64,000 bases of DNA from assembly GCA_036785375.1 (NCBI GenBank), contig JAWMAR010000253.1, positions 2,356,001-2,420,000 on the forward strand, in the 5' to 3' direction. Below, in pieces: positions 38,311-48,781 of the stretch (positions within the stretch are counted from its first letter, which is position 1; each line of letters begins with the position of its first letter). Source of the DNA: Leucoraja ocellata. Lineage: Eukaryota. The notes under the pieces were generated by a model. That model was not told the origin of the DNA, did not search any database, and worked only from the letters and a program-made list of their open reading frames with translations. The position numbers and the translations under genes are program-made.

Positions 38311-39971
38311 GCCCCTTAGACTTCACACATTAGACTTTAGATACAGTGCGGAAGCAGGCTCTTCGGCCCACCGAGTCCCCACCTACCAGCGATGACCCCG
38401 TACACTATCACTATCCTACACACCAGGGACAAAGTTACAGAAGCGAATTACCGACAAATCCAGCACGTCTTTGTGCTGTGGGAGGAAAACCGGAAAACCC
38501 GGAGAAAACCCGCGCGGTCACAGAGAGAAGGTACAAACTCCACACAGGCCGAATCCGCAGTCTCCACATTGGAACCAGATTCTCTGGCGCTGTAAGGCAG
38601 CAACTCTACCGCTGCACCTCATCTATCCATGTACTCCAGCGATGCTGCCTGACCAGTTGAGTTCCTCCTGCACGTTGTGTTCTCATTATCATCTTCTCGT
38701 TTCGGGAAACTCCCGCGCCCCAGAGATTGGGGGCGCGTAGAGCGACTAATTGATTCCATCACCCCACGGGCCAGCAGCGGCCCTGTGGGCCAAATGGCCG
38801 CCTGCACGGCTGCAGTCAATTTGGGGAGGAAACAACAGATGTCTCACATTCAGGCCGATGCCGTGTGACACTGGGCTTGGCGGTGTATGGGGGAGGTGCG
38901 GGCGCCGGCAGGTCGCCCACTCTCACAGGCATTTCACCTCTGACCAAGTCACCAACTTGCATTAAGCTAAGCCCGTGGGCTGTCTGTGGGTAGATGACCT
39001 ATCTTTGACTCTCTAGTTGTGAGTCTCGCTGGCAAGTGTGCAGGTCTCATGCAGGTGTGCAGGTCTCATGCTCTCGCCGCGTTTTCGTGAGACAAAGCGT
39101 AGCCTTCACCCATCGTCCTCGCTACTAAATCGTGTCCATCGCTCTACATTCAACCAGACCCGATCGAAGTATGCAACATTATGATAGGCATAGAGGGGGT
39201 GGACAGTCAGAACCATTTTTCCAGGGTGGAAATGTCAAAGATTCGAGGGCCCAGCTTTTCATTCAGAGGAGCAAAGTTCAAAGGAGATTGTCAAAGAGTC
39301 ATAGTCACCCAGTGGGGAAACAGGCCCTTCGGCCCAACTTGCCCACAACTTGCCAACACCGGCCAATATGTCCTACCTGCCTGCGCTTGGCCCATATCCC
39401 TTTAAACCTATCCCATCACGTACCTGTCCAAATGTTTCTTAAACGTTGCGGTAGTCCCAACCTCAACTGCCTCCTCCGGCAGCTTGTTCCAAACATCCAC
39501 CATCCTTTGTGTGAAAAAGTTACTCCCCAGATTCCTATTGAACCCTTTCCCCGTGTCATTTTCGCACGGCTGTATGACAGCTTTTCCCAAAGATCTACCG
39601 CCCTTAATGTGATAAAGTTACCCCTCAGATTTCTATTAAACCTTTCCCCCTTCTCCTTAGACCTGTGTCCTCTGGTCCTCGATTCACCTACTCTGGGCAA
39701 GAGACTGTGCATCGACCCGATCTATTACTCTCATGATTTTACACACCTCTATAAGATCACCCCTCATCCTCCTGTGCTCCAAGGAATATAGACCCAGCCT
39801 GTAGCTCACACCCTCTAGTCCTGGCAACATGCGTGTAAATCTTCTCTGTACCTTTTCTAGATTGATAATATATTTTGTATAACATGGTGGCCAGAACTGA
39901 ACGCGATACTCTAAATGCGGCCTCACCAACGTCTTATGCAAATCCCCACCACGGGTGCTGTCTGTACCGAG

Positions 39972-40487
39972 TATAGCGGCAGATTTTTCAGATCTTTCAG
40001 GAAATTAACTCCCTAGCCACTAATTGGACGAGAGGGGATAAGGGAATATCTTCGGTACGCATGCAAGCTGCCTCAGAGACTTTCAGAGCTTCTACTTTCA
40101 TAAAGCTTCAGCACACAGTCTTTTAATGAATATTTTCTTTATTGTAGATATAAAACTGTAAGATACATCCAAGGTTTTCCGACTTGTTCCAGCAATCTTC
40201 TTCGAACTCCAGCGCATTGCTTCAGATACTAGAAAACTCCTCGTGTCTTCTTCTTCACATGAGGCTTGACATGCTTGACCTGTGGCTCGACATGGTCGAA
40301 GGATAAACCTTCTCCCTCTCCTGTCCAAAACGAATTCTCAACTAAAACTAACACGCAAGCAGTTAAGCTGCATAAACACGCCCCAAGACACGTCATAAAA
40401 TCCCACCCACATTATAACGGGCTGGCTAAAATTTAAAGGAACATGCCATCCACAATGACATGCAAAATAGGCCAAATGGCCACTACA
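39972..40487 (-). repeat. 3' LTR
   Basis: Matches 46175-46690 with two visible substitutions. Confidence 0.97.
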
Positions 40488-40502
40488 TACCGGCCCCTAA
40501 TT
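40488..40502 (-). promoter_or_regulatory. Polypurine-tract position (AATTAGGGGCCGGTA)
   Basis: G-rich tract abutting the 3' LTR. Confidence 0.6.
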
Positions 40503-40602
40503 GTTCCGAATACATAATGAGGCAATTACCAAATAACATCAAAAAAGTGGCCATTAAGGCTTAACATACATCAAAATCAAAATATCAGGGAATAAAACCC
40601 TG

Positions 40603-40678
40603 TGGCTCCCTCGTCAGGAAATCAAACCGCGATCGCCCGCATGCTAGGCGTGGATACTAACCACTATACTAATGAGGA
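40603..40678 (-). tRNA. tRNA-Asp-derived, degenerate tRNA-like sequence with encoded CCA (anticodon position reads AGC)
   Basis: TCCTCATTAGTATAGTGGTTAGTATCCACGCCTAGCATGCGGGCGATCGCGGTTTGATTTCCTGACGAGGGAGCCA aligns end to end with vertebrate tRNA-Asp(GTC), with about 12 differences. Confidence 0.85.
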
Positions 40679-40801
40679 AAAAATAGCATGCACTATATAT
40701 CTGCAATCACAATTCTTTCTCGACTCTTCCATCTTCGCTTTCGCCTTCTAGAAGCAAGCACAACTTAGTTATTGATCTTATTAAAACATTGTTTTTTGTT
40801 T

Positions 40802-43606
40802 TCAGTCGCACAATACGTACCAAACCCTGAACATCAGGCATGATTTCCAGTATTCTACCCCCCTTTCTGCAGGATTCTTCTCCAAGATACTTTCTGTTAT
40901 TTGTTTCTTTTCCCGTATTTTCATCAACAATCTTGTTTTTATTTTAAGAAACCAGGCTACCGATGTTCTCAATTTATTCCATGATGAAAAGTGGGTAATT
41001 AAACTATTCACGGCGTCATATGAGTTTTTTTCAATCACATTCACCGAAATGTTTTGTTTAATTTCCGGATCTGTTATAGAGATTTCAAATCCGAGTTCAA
41101 GCTTTGGCCATTCTCTACTTGGCTTACTAAGAAACTTTGGCCCATTGATCCATCTCTTGTTATTAAGAAAGCAATTTGCTGTTTGTCCCCTAGAGGCTTC
41201 ATCCGCAGGATTTTCCTTTGTATTAACATATCTCCATTGAGAAACATTAGTAGCTCCTAGTACAAAGGAAACTCTATTTGCAACAAATGTCATAAAACGT
41301 TTGCTTTCATTGTTAATGTATTTCAAAACCGTAGTACTATCGGTCCAGAAGGTCGATTCTTCCAGTTGAAATTGCAGTTCCTTTTTCAGCATTATGTCAA
41401 TTTTCACAGCTAAGACTGCTGCTGTAAGTTCCATTCTGGGAATCGTCATTTGCTTCAATGGTGCCACTCTGGCTTTTCCCATTACGAATGCAACATGCAC
41501 TCTTTTGTTTACATCTTGTAGTCTTAAGTATGAAACAGTCCCATAACCACTTTCGCTGGCATCCGAAAAGTGATGCAGTTGCGCATTTCCGATATTACCA
41601 ATGGTTTTAGGCTTTATACACCGATCTACCTTAAACGTTGACATTTTTTGGAGGTCTTTTAACCATTCTGTCCAACTGTGCGAGGATGTTTGAGTTATAC
41701 TCTCATCCCAACCAAGTTTTTCTCGACACAGATTCTGTAAAATTAACTTGGCTAGCAGTGTAAATGGTGCCAAAATTGGTTCATATACTGAACCAATCAC
41801 AGATAAGATACCTCTTCTTGTGCATGGTCGTTCCTGAATTGACAATTTAAACTTAAACACATCCGTTTCCACACACCAGTGCAGTCCCAGTGCCCTTTCC
41901 ATTGGCAAGTTGTCTTTGTCTAAATCCATCACCTTGGTTTCTTCGGCTCTGTCATCTGGTGGAATGCTTTCCAAAACAGCACGACTGTTGCTAACCCACT
42001 TGGTAAGTACAAATCCTCCCTTATTGCAGAGAGAGGTTAGGTGCTTCACTATTTGAATTGCCTCTAACTCGGTAGATACGGATTTTAGGCAATCGTCCAC
42101 ATAAAAATTATTTTTCAAAGTGGAAATTACCTCCTCTGGGAAATAATCTTTATTATCCTCTGCGGTTTTCCTCAAAGCGAAATTCGCACAACTTGGAGAT
42201 GACACTGCTCCGAAAAGATGTACTTTCATTCGGTAATCAACAAGGTCTTGCTGCACATCCCCTTCAGGCCACCATAAGAATCGCAGATAATCAATATGTT
42301 TACCAGTTACTTTCACTTGATAAAACATTGCTCTGATATCAGCTATCAAAGCTATCGGTTCTTGCCTAAATTTGATGAGAACTCCAAGGAGCGAGTTAGT
42401 AAGGTCTGGACCTTGCAGTAATTCACTGTTAAGTGATGTCCCTTTAAAGACTGCCGCGCAGTCAAAGACCACCCTCAATGTCCCTTTCTTCGAGTGGTAC
42501 ACCCCATGGTGCGGAATATACCAGATCTCTCCATCATCTCGATATAGTTGATTCATTGGTATCCTTTCAGCATAATCGTTATTAATCATATTCTGTAAGA
42601 AGGATGTATATTCCTCTTGGAATTTCGTGTTCTTAACAAATTTACGTTTCAAACCATGAATACGCTGTTCAGCCATATAGCGATTATTTGGTAAATTAAC
42701 ACCTTCTTTCTTGAAAGGTAAATCCAAACAATAATGTCCATTTTTCATCTTAACTGAATGGTTCATAATATCTAAGAATTTCAATTCTTCTCTAGACATT
42801 TCTTCATGTTCTTGGCTGGTACTTTCATTGAAGTCATGATTATATTGCTTCATTAACAGCTTTTCCAATTTACCTGTAGATATTTGGTTAACAGCAACAG
42901 CACGGCTATTCATTTTGCTGGTGCTTTCCTTATTCCTACACAAGGAGCCATAAATAACCCATCCTAGTAGGGTCTTCATAGCATACGGTCCATCCCCTTG
43001 GCTCCTAATTATCTGTACAGGTTCTAATGCTCTCAGGGCATTCGTTCCAATAAGTAAGTCAATATCAGAATTTATCTTTGTTATTTTGACTTCTTTCAGG
43101 TAAGGCCATTGCTGTAAGTCTTCACATCTGGGTACATTTTGACGACCAACAGGCATTGTTTCATGTGTGAAAACCTCTGAAATTGGAATAAAATTATCTT
43201 CATCCAAACTGGATATCTCCATATTTGTTATATAATAACTCTGGTAATCCTTTTCTTTATTCATGGTACGCATTTGAATTTTAACTTTCTCTCCAGTAAT
43301 GTCCAACCTTCTCATCAAATTCTCTGTGCAAAAAGTAGCTGAACTCCCATGATCCAGAAATGCATATGTTTGCAACACTACATTAGTTTCCCTATTTCTC
43401 ACTTGTACTGGTAAAATAGAGAAAATGCATGCTTTCTCTCCGGCCCCAATATGTGCAGTTACTTGAGGCGAGGTGATAGCATTAACATCCGCTGACTCCT
43501 TTTTCTGCTCAGTATGATCTGGCTCTTTCTTTACAGTATGAAGCACATCAGGATGATTCTGCTTACATTTGTCACAAACTAGTGGACACTTACAGTCTTT
43601 TACCAT
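40802..43606 (-). CDS. BEL/Pao pol region: Cys knuckles, aspartic protease, RT, RNase H; truncated before integrase
   Basis: AFLDHGS, YIPHHGV, RVVFDC, GPDLTNSL, ADIRAMF, YVDD, HHFSDAS, TIPRMEL, NPADEASRG. Confidence 0.95.
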   Translation of the reverse strand: MVKDCKCPLVCDKCKQNHPDVLHTVKKEPDHTEQKKESADVNAITSPQVTAHIGAGEKACIFSILPVQVRNRETNVVLQTYAFLDHGSSATFCTENLMRRLDITGEKVKIQMRTMNKEKDYQSYYITNMEISSLDEDNFIPISEVFTHETMPVGRQNVPRCEDLQQWPYLKEVKITKINSDIDLLIGTNALRALEPVQIIRSQGDGPYAMKTLLGWVIYGSLCRNKESTSKMNSRAVAVNQISTGKLEKLLMKQYNHDFNESTSQEHEEMSREELKFLDIMNHSVKMKNGHYCLDLPFKKEGVNLPNNRYMAEQRIHGLKRKFVKNTKFQEEYTSFLQNMINNDYAERIPMNQLYRDDGEIWYIPHHGVYHSKKGTLRVVFDCAAVFKGTSLNSELLQGPDLTNSLLGVLIKFRQEPIALIADIRAMFYQVKVTGKHIDYLRFLWWPEGDVQQDLVDYRMKVHLFGAVSSPSCANFALRKTAEDNKDYFPEEVISTLKNNFYVDDCLKSVSTELEAIQIVKHLTSLCNKGGFVLTKWVSNSRAVLESIPPDDRAEETKVMDLDKDNLPMERALGLHWCVETDVFKFKLSIQERPCTRRGILSVIGSVYEPILAPFTLLAKLILQNLCREKLGWDESITQTSSHSWTEWLKDLQKMSTFKVDRCIKPKTIGNIGNAQLHHFSDASESGYGTVSYLRLQDVNKRVHVAFVMGKARVAPLKQMTIPRMELTAAVLAVKIDIMLKKELQFQLEESTFWTDSTTVLKYINNESKRFMTFVANRVSFVLGATNVSQWRYVNTKENPADEASRGQTANCFLNNKRWINGPKFLSKPSREWPKLELGFEISITDPEIKQNISVNVIEKNSYDAVNSLITHFSSWNKLRTSVAWFLKIKTRLLMKIREKKQITESILEKNPAERGVEYWKSCLMFRVWYVLCD

Positions 43607-43647
43607 GTGCCCCTTCTTTAAACATCCATAGCAGATTCCATTCCTTT

Positions 43648-45543
43648 TTAAAAGTCCATCTTTTTTTCATATTTCTTTTCCTTAAATTTACGACACCATC
43701 TTATGGTGTGACCTACTTCATCACAAAATGGACAGAATTCATTCTTTCTGGTCGGTGCATCCTCTTTGGCACCACCCAACACCTTCTCAGGTATTATATT
43801 GGTAGCAAAATTGCTTTTCTTAGGCCCTGTCTTTTGTTTAGTTTTGACATAGGTAGAACCCTTATAAATTGCAAGTGGCTTGGCATCTTCAATAATCCCG
43901 CTGCATGAATCTGACATGTACCGTACTTCTCTTTCTAAATATTCCACCAGGTCTGGTAGCCTGGCTACTTGATTGCTCTTATCACGTAATTTACCAGCCC
44001 TATCTCTCCACTTTTCTCTCATTCTTCTGGGCAACTTGCTAATGATGATTCTCATATTACTTGAAAGATTAATTTCCTCCATATAGCCAAGATTTTTCAT
44101 CGAGCTGCAACATCTTCTCAGAAATATTGCATATTCACTCAATTTATCCACATCTTCTGGCTTGATTTCTCTCCAATCATGGGCCTTTTCAATGTATGCA
44201 TTCGCAATCCTCTGTTCATCACCAAAACGTTCCTTCAATAATCTTCTCGCCTTTTTATAACCCTGGTTGTCTGGCTCCATCTGACAACTTTCCACAAGCC
44301 CCTTCACCTTCCCTTGTGTGTACTTCACCAGAAACCGTAAGCGCTCTTCTTCATCCTCAACTTTCTTCTCTAATACCTCTTCCAGTGCCCTCACGAAAGT
44401 TTCATATTCTAAAGGATCTCCAGCATATGTAGGAATTTCAACTGGTGGCAAAATGAGAGATTTATTTCGTCGAGCTATAATCTCGTTGAATTCAGATTGC
44501 TTATGCAGCAGTGCCAATAGACCAACCTGGCTCCCTTCTCCTTGGTCCACTGGTCCTTCTCGAGTTTGTACGGATGTTCTTATAGTAGCTAGTTTCCGTC
44601 TAGCACCCATTTGCTGAGCTGAAGGTTCACTCAACCTATTTAGGTTTTCCAATCCAAGGTATCCTGTGGACTTTGACCGTGGAATCGATTCAACTGCCAA
44701 TTCACTCTGAGCAGGTCTGGCTCTCTGTCTAGAGCTTATCGCCTTTGATGATCCAGAGCTGCATCTATACCCTTCACTTTCCAGTATGTCCCTTCTGGCT
44801 TTAGCCACCTTCAACTTTGTATCTAATTCCAGTTGTTCCTGACATCGCGCCATTTCTTCTTGCTGACGGGCCATCTGTTGCGTCATCTCCTCTTGCTGTC
44901 GGGCCATCTGTTGCATCATCTCTTGTTGCTGTCGGGCCATCTCATGTTTTTTCTTCATAGCATCCGCTTCTATTGAGAGCGCTGCTAACTCAGCCTTTGC
45001 TCCCAAACGAGCAGAAGCCCTCGAAACCGAACTGGCTGAGCTACCAGATTTACGGCCTGATCTTTGTGAAGATACATTTGAGATACTATCTCCCGGTTCT
45101 ATTTCATCACCTTCTTCTTCTGGCTTAGTATCTTCTTTTCTGCTACCTTTACTTTTGCTAACTTGCTCTAACCATCCTTCTACAACTTCTTTGGATTCAT
45201 CATAATACTCCGTATTTTCACAATCCCACTTAAAATGTCTTTCACGCTCCTCTTGAGAACGCTCTGCCTCCAGCAGTATGTCCTGCTTCTCTTTCAGCTC
45301 ATGGTTAAGGCTACTTATCAGGCGTAATTTCTCTTCCACCTTGTCCTGGTTCTCTTCTGATTCCATGAGTGTCTTCACACTTTCAAACAGCCTTCTAATC
45401 TTCTTCCCCAACTTGTTCCTATCCAATTCAGCCTCCTTGAGAACATGACTTCGACCTTTCTCAGTGAGTTTAAGTTGTCTGGCTGGTCTTTCTTCACCAC
45501 CTAGTGGCTCTTCTGGCATAGCTCTGCCCTCATCTTCCTTCAT
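43648..45543 (-). CDS. BEL/Pao gag, separated from pol by a 1-nt frameshift
   Basis: 631-aa ORF with coiled coil, IEPGDSISNV, YAGDPLEY, LKERFG and a CPFC..GH..C knuckle. Confidence 0.92.
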   Translation of the reverse strand: MKEDEGRAMPEEPLGGEERPARQLKLTEKGRSHVLKEAELDRNKLGKKIRRLFESVKTLMESEENQDKVEEKLRLISSLNHELKEKQDILLEAERSQEERERHFKWDCENTEYYDESKEVVEGWLEQVSKSKGSRKEDTKPEEEGDEIEPGDSISNVSSQRSGRKSGSSASSVSRASARLGAKAELAALSIEADAMKKKHEMARQQQEMMQQMARQQEEMTQQMARQQEEMARCQEQLELDTKLKVAKARRDILESEGYRCSSGSSKAISSRQRARPAQSELAVESIPRSKSTGYLGLENLNRLSEPSAQQMGARRKLATIRTSVQTREGPVDQGEGSQVGLLALLHKQSEFNEIIARRNKSLILPPVEIPTYAGDPLEYETFVRALEEVLEKKVEDEEERLRFLVKYTQGKVKGLVESCQMEPDNQGYKKARRLLKERFGDEQRIANAYIEKAHDWREIKPEDVDKLSEYAIFLRRCCSSMKNLGYMEEINLSSNMRIIISKLPRRMREKWRDRAGKLRDKSNQVARLPDLVEYLEREVRYMSDSCSGIIEDAKPLAIYKGSTYVKTKQKTGPKKSNFATNIIPEKVLGGAKEDAPTRKNEFCPFCDEVGHTIRWCRKFKEKKYEKKMDF

Positions 45544-46159
45544 GATTTAAAAGAGGTCTTGGCAGATTGCCAAGTCTTTAAATTAGTCGAAAAAAGTCTC
45601 TGCTTCTGAGTGACTTTGTTATTATCAACAATTTCTTCCAAAACTAAAACATACTGATAATGTAGAGAACCTCTCTCTAATTCCAGGTGCAAAATAAATG
45701 ATGCTAATTCCAATGGAATGCTCCTTTATCTCTTTGATTCAAAACAATCCAAGGTCGGTCTGCCTTTCCCAGACACGCTGGAGAAAACAGCTTTTTGAGC
45801 TCTATTACAGAATTCTTTCAATTAAAACCGTAATTTTGATTCAAAAGGTAATAATCAATTCGTACTCACAATTCAGTGATACGTCTTCCGATGCGTTCCG
45901 ATGCTGTTGATAGACCTCAAGGCTCTTCCTGGCCGAGATCTTCTTCAGTTCCACGATTGGAACCAATCTTCTTTGGCTGCACCTCTCCTAGGTCTTAGCC
46001 TTCGTCCTGCTCTGGCCGCACCTTTCCTAGGTCTTAGCCTTCGCACTTCGATCTTCTGTCCCTATCTCAGGGACTGGTATTTACCCCCGCCGGAGGTTCG
46101 CTTTTACTTATCTTCTTCTGTCCCAATCTCTGGGACTGGCAATTACCCCCTGCCGGAGG

Positions 46160-46170
46160 TATCCTTCGAC
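46160..46170 (-). promoter_or_regulatory. Non-tRNA primer-binding site, complementary to LTR 46498-46508
   Basis: GTCGAAGGATA lies 4 nt downstream of the 5' LTR. There is no TGG, and the exact reverse complement is inside the LTR. Confidence 0.65.
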
Positions 46171-46174
46171 TTAA

Positions 46175-46690
46175 TATAGCGGCAGATTTTTCAGATCTTT
46201 CAGGAAATTAACTCCCTAGCCACTAATTGGACGAGAGGGGATAAGGGAATATCTTCGGTACGCATGCAAGCTGCCTCAGAGACTTTCAGAGCTTCTACTT
46301 TCATAAAGCTTCAGCACACAGTCTTTTAATGAATATTTTCTTTATTGTAGATATAAAACAGTAAGATACATCCAAGGATTTCCGACTTGTTCCAGCAATC
46401 TTCTTCGAACTCCAGCGCATTGCTTCAGATACTAGAAAACTCCTCGTGTCTTCTTCTTCACATGAGGCTTGACATGCTTGACCTGTGGCTCGACATGGTC
46501 GAAGGATAAACCTTCTCCCTCTCCTGTCCAAAACGAATTCTCAACTAAAACTAACACGCAAGCAGTTAAGCTGCATAAACACGCCCCAAGACACGTCATA
46601 AAATCCCACCCACATTATAACGGGCTGGCTAAAATTTAAAGGAACATGCCATCCACAATGACATGCAAAATAGGCCAAATGGCCACTACA
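46175..46690 (-). repeat. 5' LTR
   Basis: TGTAGTGGC...GCCGCTATA, with AATAAA at 46341-46346 (minus). Confidence 0.97.
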
Positions 46691-47764
46691 CCGAGTTTGT
46701 ACGTTCTCCCCGTGGCCGCGTGGATTTCCTCCCATACTCAGAAGACGTACAGGTTTGTAGGTTAACTGGCTTGGTATAAATGCAAATTGCCCCGCGTGTG
46801 CGGGGATCGCTGGTCGGTGCAGACTCGGTGGGCCTCTTGCCGCGCTGCACCTCCAAAGGTACGATTGCAAAGTTTAAGGAACATTTTAAGGAACATTTAG
46901 ACATGTACATGGATAGGATTGGTTTAGAGGGACATGAAATGTTGGAGTAACTCAGTGAGTAACATGCAGCATCTCTGGATAGAAGGGATGGGTGATGTTT
47001 CGGGTCGAGACCCTTCTTCAGACTGAGTATAGGGGGCAAACGCAAGAAGATGTGTCTAGTCTAGATGGGGCATGTTGATCTGTGTGGGCAAGTTGGGCCG
47101 AAGGGCCTGTTTCCATGCTGTATGACTCGTGTCCCAAATAACATTCTGAATTATCGGGATTTTAACTGTTTAAATCTGTTACCATCCTGCCCCGCAAAAC
47201 CCCCTCCCTGCTTAAATTTCACTCTAATTGCCAGTATTTCATCTAAAACGAATGGGGCGTCTAATTGCTATTTAATTACCACATAATTTTATCTGATTAC
47301 ATGCAGACTTGCTTCACGAATCGCAGTCTGAATTTCATTTCATTGGAAATTTAGTTTAGAGATATAACGCGAACACATGCCGTTCAGCCCACTGAGTCCA
47401 CGCCGACCAGCGACCCCTCGTACACTAGCATCATCCAACACACTAGGGGTAAGTTACAATTATACCAATCCAATTATCCAACAAACCTGTAGGTCTTTGG
47501 AGTGTGGGAGGAAACTGAAACGCCCGGAGAAAACCCACGCAGCTCACGGGGAGAACTTACAAACTCCATACAAACAGCACCCGTAGTCAGGATCGAACCC
47601 GCGTGTCTGGTGCTGTGAGTAGCAAATCTACCCGCTGAGCAACCGTGCTGCCCTGATATATGAATGTCCAGCATGGTTAATTTTAAATAGTTCGCTTGTG
47701 TTTCAGTTTGGTATTGGGAGTGGGGTATTGACATGGATAGAGGGCTGGTAGGTAGACGGGAAAC

Positions 47765-48781
47765 AGAGTCCTCAGCCCCCTATTGTACTCCCTGTACACA
47801 CATGACTGTGTGGCTAGGTTCAGCTCCAATTCAATAATTAAGTTTGCTGATGACACTGTGGTGGTGGGCCTGATCTCAGACAACGACGAGAAGGCCTACC
47901 GGGAGAAGGTGGCTGATCTAGCACTCTGGTGCCAGGATAACAGCCTCCTCTTGAACATCAAAAAAACGAAGGAGCTGATCATGGACTTTAGGAGGGCACA
48001 TCATCCGAGGACGTACACTCCATTGAGGATAAATGGGGATCCTGTGGATAGGGTGAACTGTTTTAAATATCTGGGAGTCCACGTCTCTGAGGATATGACA
48101 TGGACATCACACGCCTCAGCACTCGTGAGTAAGGCAAGGCAGCGCCTTTACCACCTCAGGCAATTGAGGAAATTCAGAGTGTCTCCGAGGATCCTCCACT
48201 GCTTCTACGCAGCGGCGGTGGAAAGCACCTTGTCCGGGAACATTACCATCTGGTTTGGGAATTGCTCTGCCAAGGACAAGAAGGCTCTGCAGAGAGTAGT
48301 GCGTTCGGCCGAACGCACTATGGGAACTTCACTCGCCCCCCTGCAGGAACTATACAACAGGAGGTGCAACTCCAGAGCCAACAATATCATGGGAGACCCC
48401 TTCCACCCCTGCAACGGACTGTTCCAGCTGCTACGGTCAGGCAAACGCCTCCGTTGCCATGCGGTGAGAACGGAGAGGTTGAGAAGGAATTTCTTCCCAG
48501 AGGCCATTCGGACTGTAAACGCCTATCTCACCAGGGACTAACTCTACTGAACGTTTTTCCTTCCATTATTTATTATGTAAAAGAATATGTGTGTTATGAT
48601 TGTGTTTATAGTTTGTTTGCTTGTTTGGTTGTTTGTCTTTTGCACAAAAGTCCGCGAGCATTGCCACTTTCATTTCACTGCACATTTCGTATGTGTATGT
48701 GACAAATAAACTTGACTTGACTTGACTTGACTTGACTTGAATTGACTTGACTTGATTTGACTTGACTTGACTTGATTTGAC
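47765..48781 (+). mobile_element. Rex1/Babar LINE, 5'-truncated
   Basis: 252-aa ORF (LYTHDC, KFADDT, KTKELIMDFRR) and (CTTGA)n tail at 48711-48781. Confidence 0.92.

Larger units (their letters stand above)
39972..46690 (-). mobile_element. BEL/Pao LTR retrotransposon with two LTRs, integrase deleted, inserted in a SINE
   Basis: 516-bp LTRs, 5-bp TSD CCGAG (39967-39971, 46691-46695), gag, protease, RT and RNase H. Confidence 0.97.

Noticed and set aside
38690-39170. CpG-rich unique stretch as a promoter or exon
   Set aside because: No convincing splice or ORF pattern, and about 10 kb from the nearest start codon; unsupported without chromatin data.
40098-40328. 76-aa ORF duplicated at 46301-46531
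   Set aside because: It lies inside the LTRs, so the duplication is explained by LTR identity, and there is no protein motif.
40603-40625. Embedded tRNA acting as the element's own primer
   Set aside because: No TGGCTCCC complement exists next to the 5' LTR on the sense strand. Only a 6-nt GGATAC match is present, weaker than the 11-nt LTR match.
43640-43660. Programmed -1 frameshift between gag and pol
   Set aside because: There is no in-frame XXXYYYZ heptamer, and BEL/Pao elements normally have one ORF. One extra T in the T-run restores DFLKRNGICYGC, so a deletion or consensus error is simpler.
48711-48781. Short periodic arrays and long G/C runs as CRISPR-like or functional arrays
   Set aside because: These are LINE 3' microsatellite tails and homopolymers with no spacers, in a eukaryotic context.
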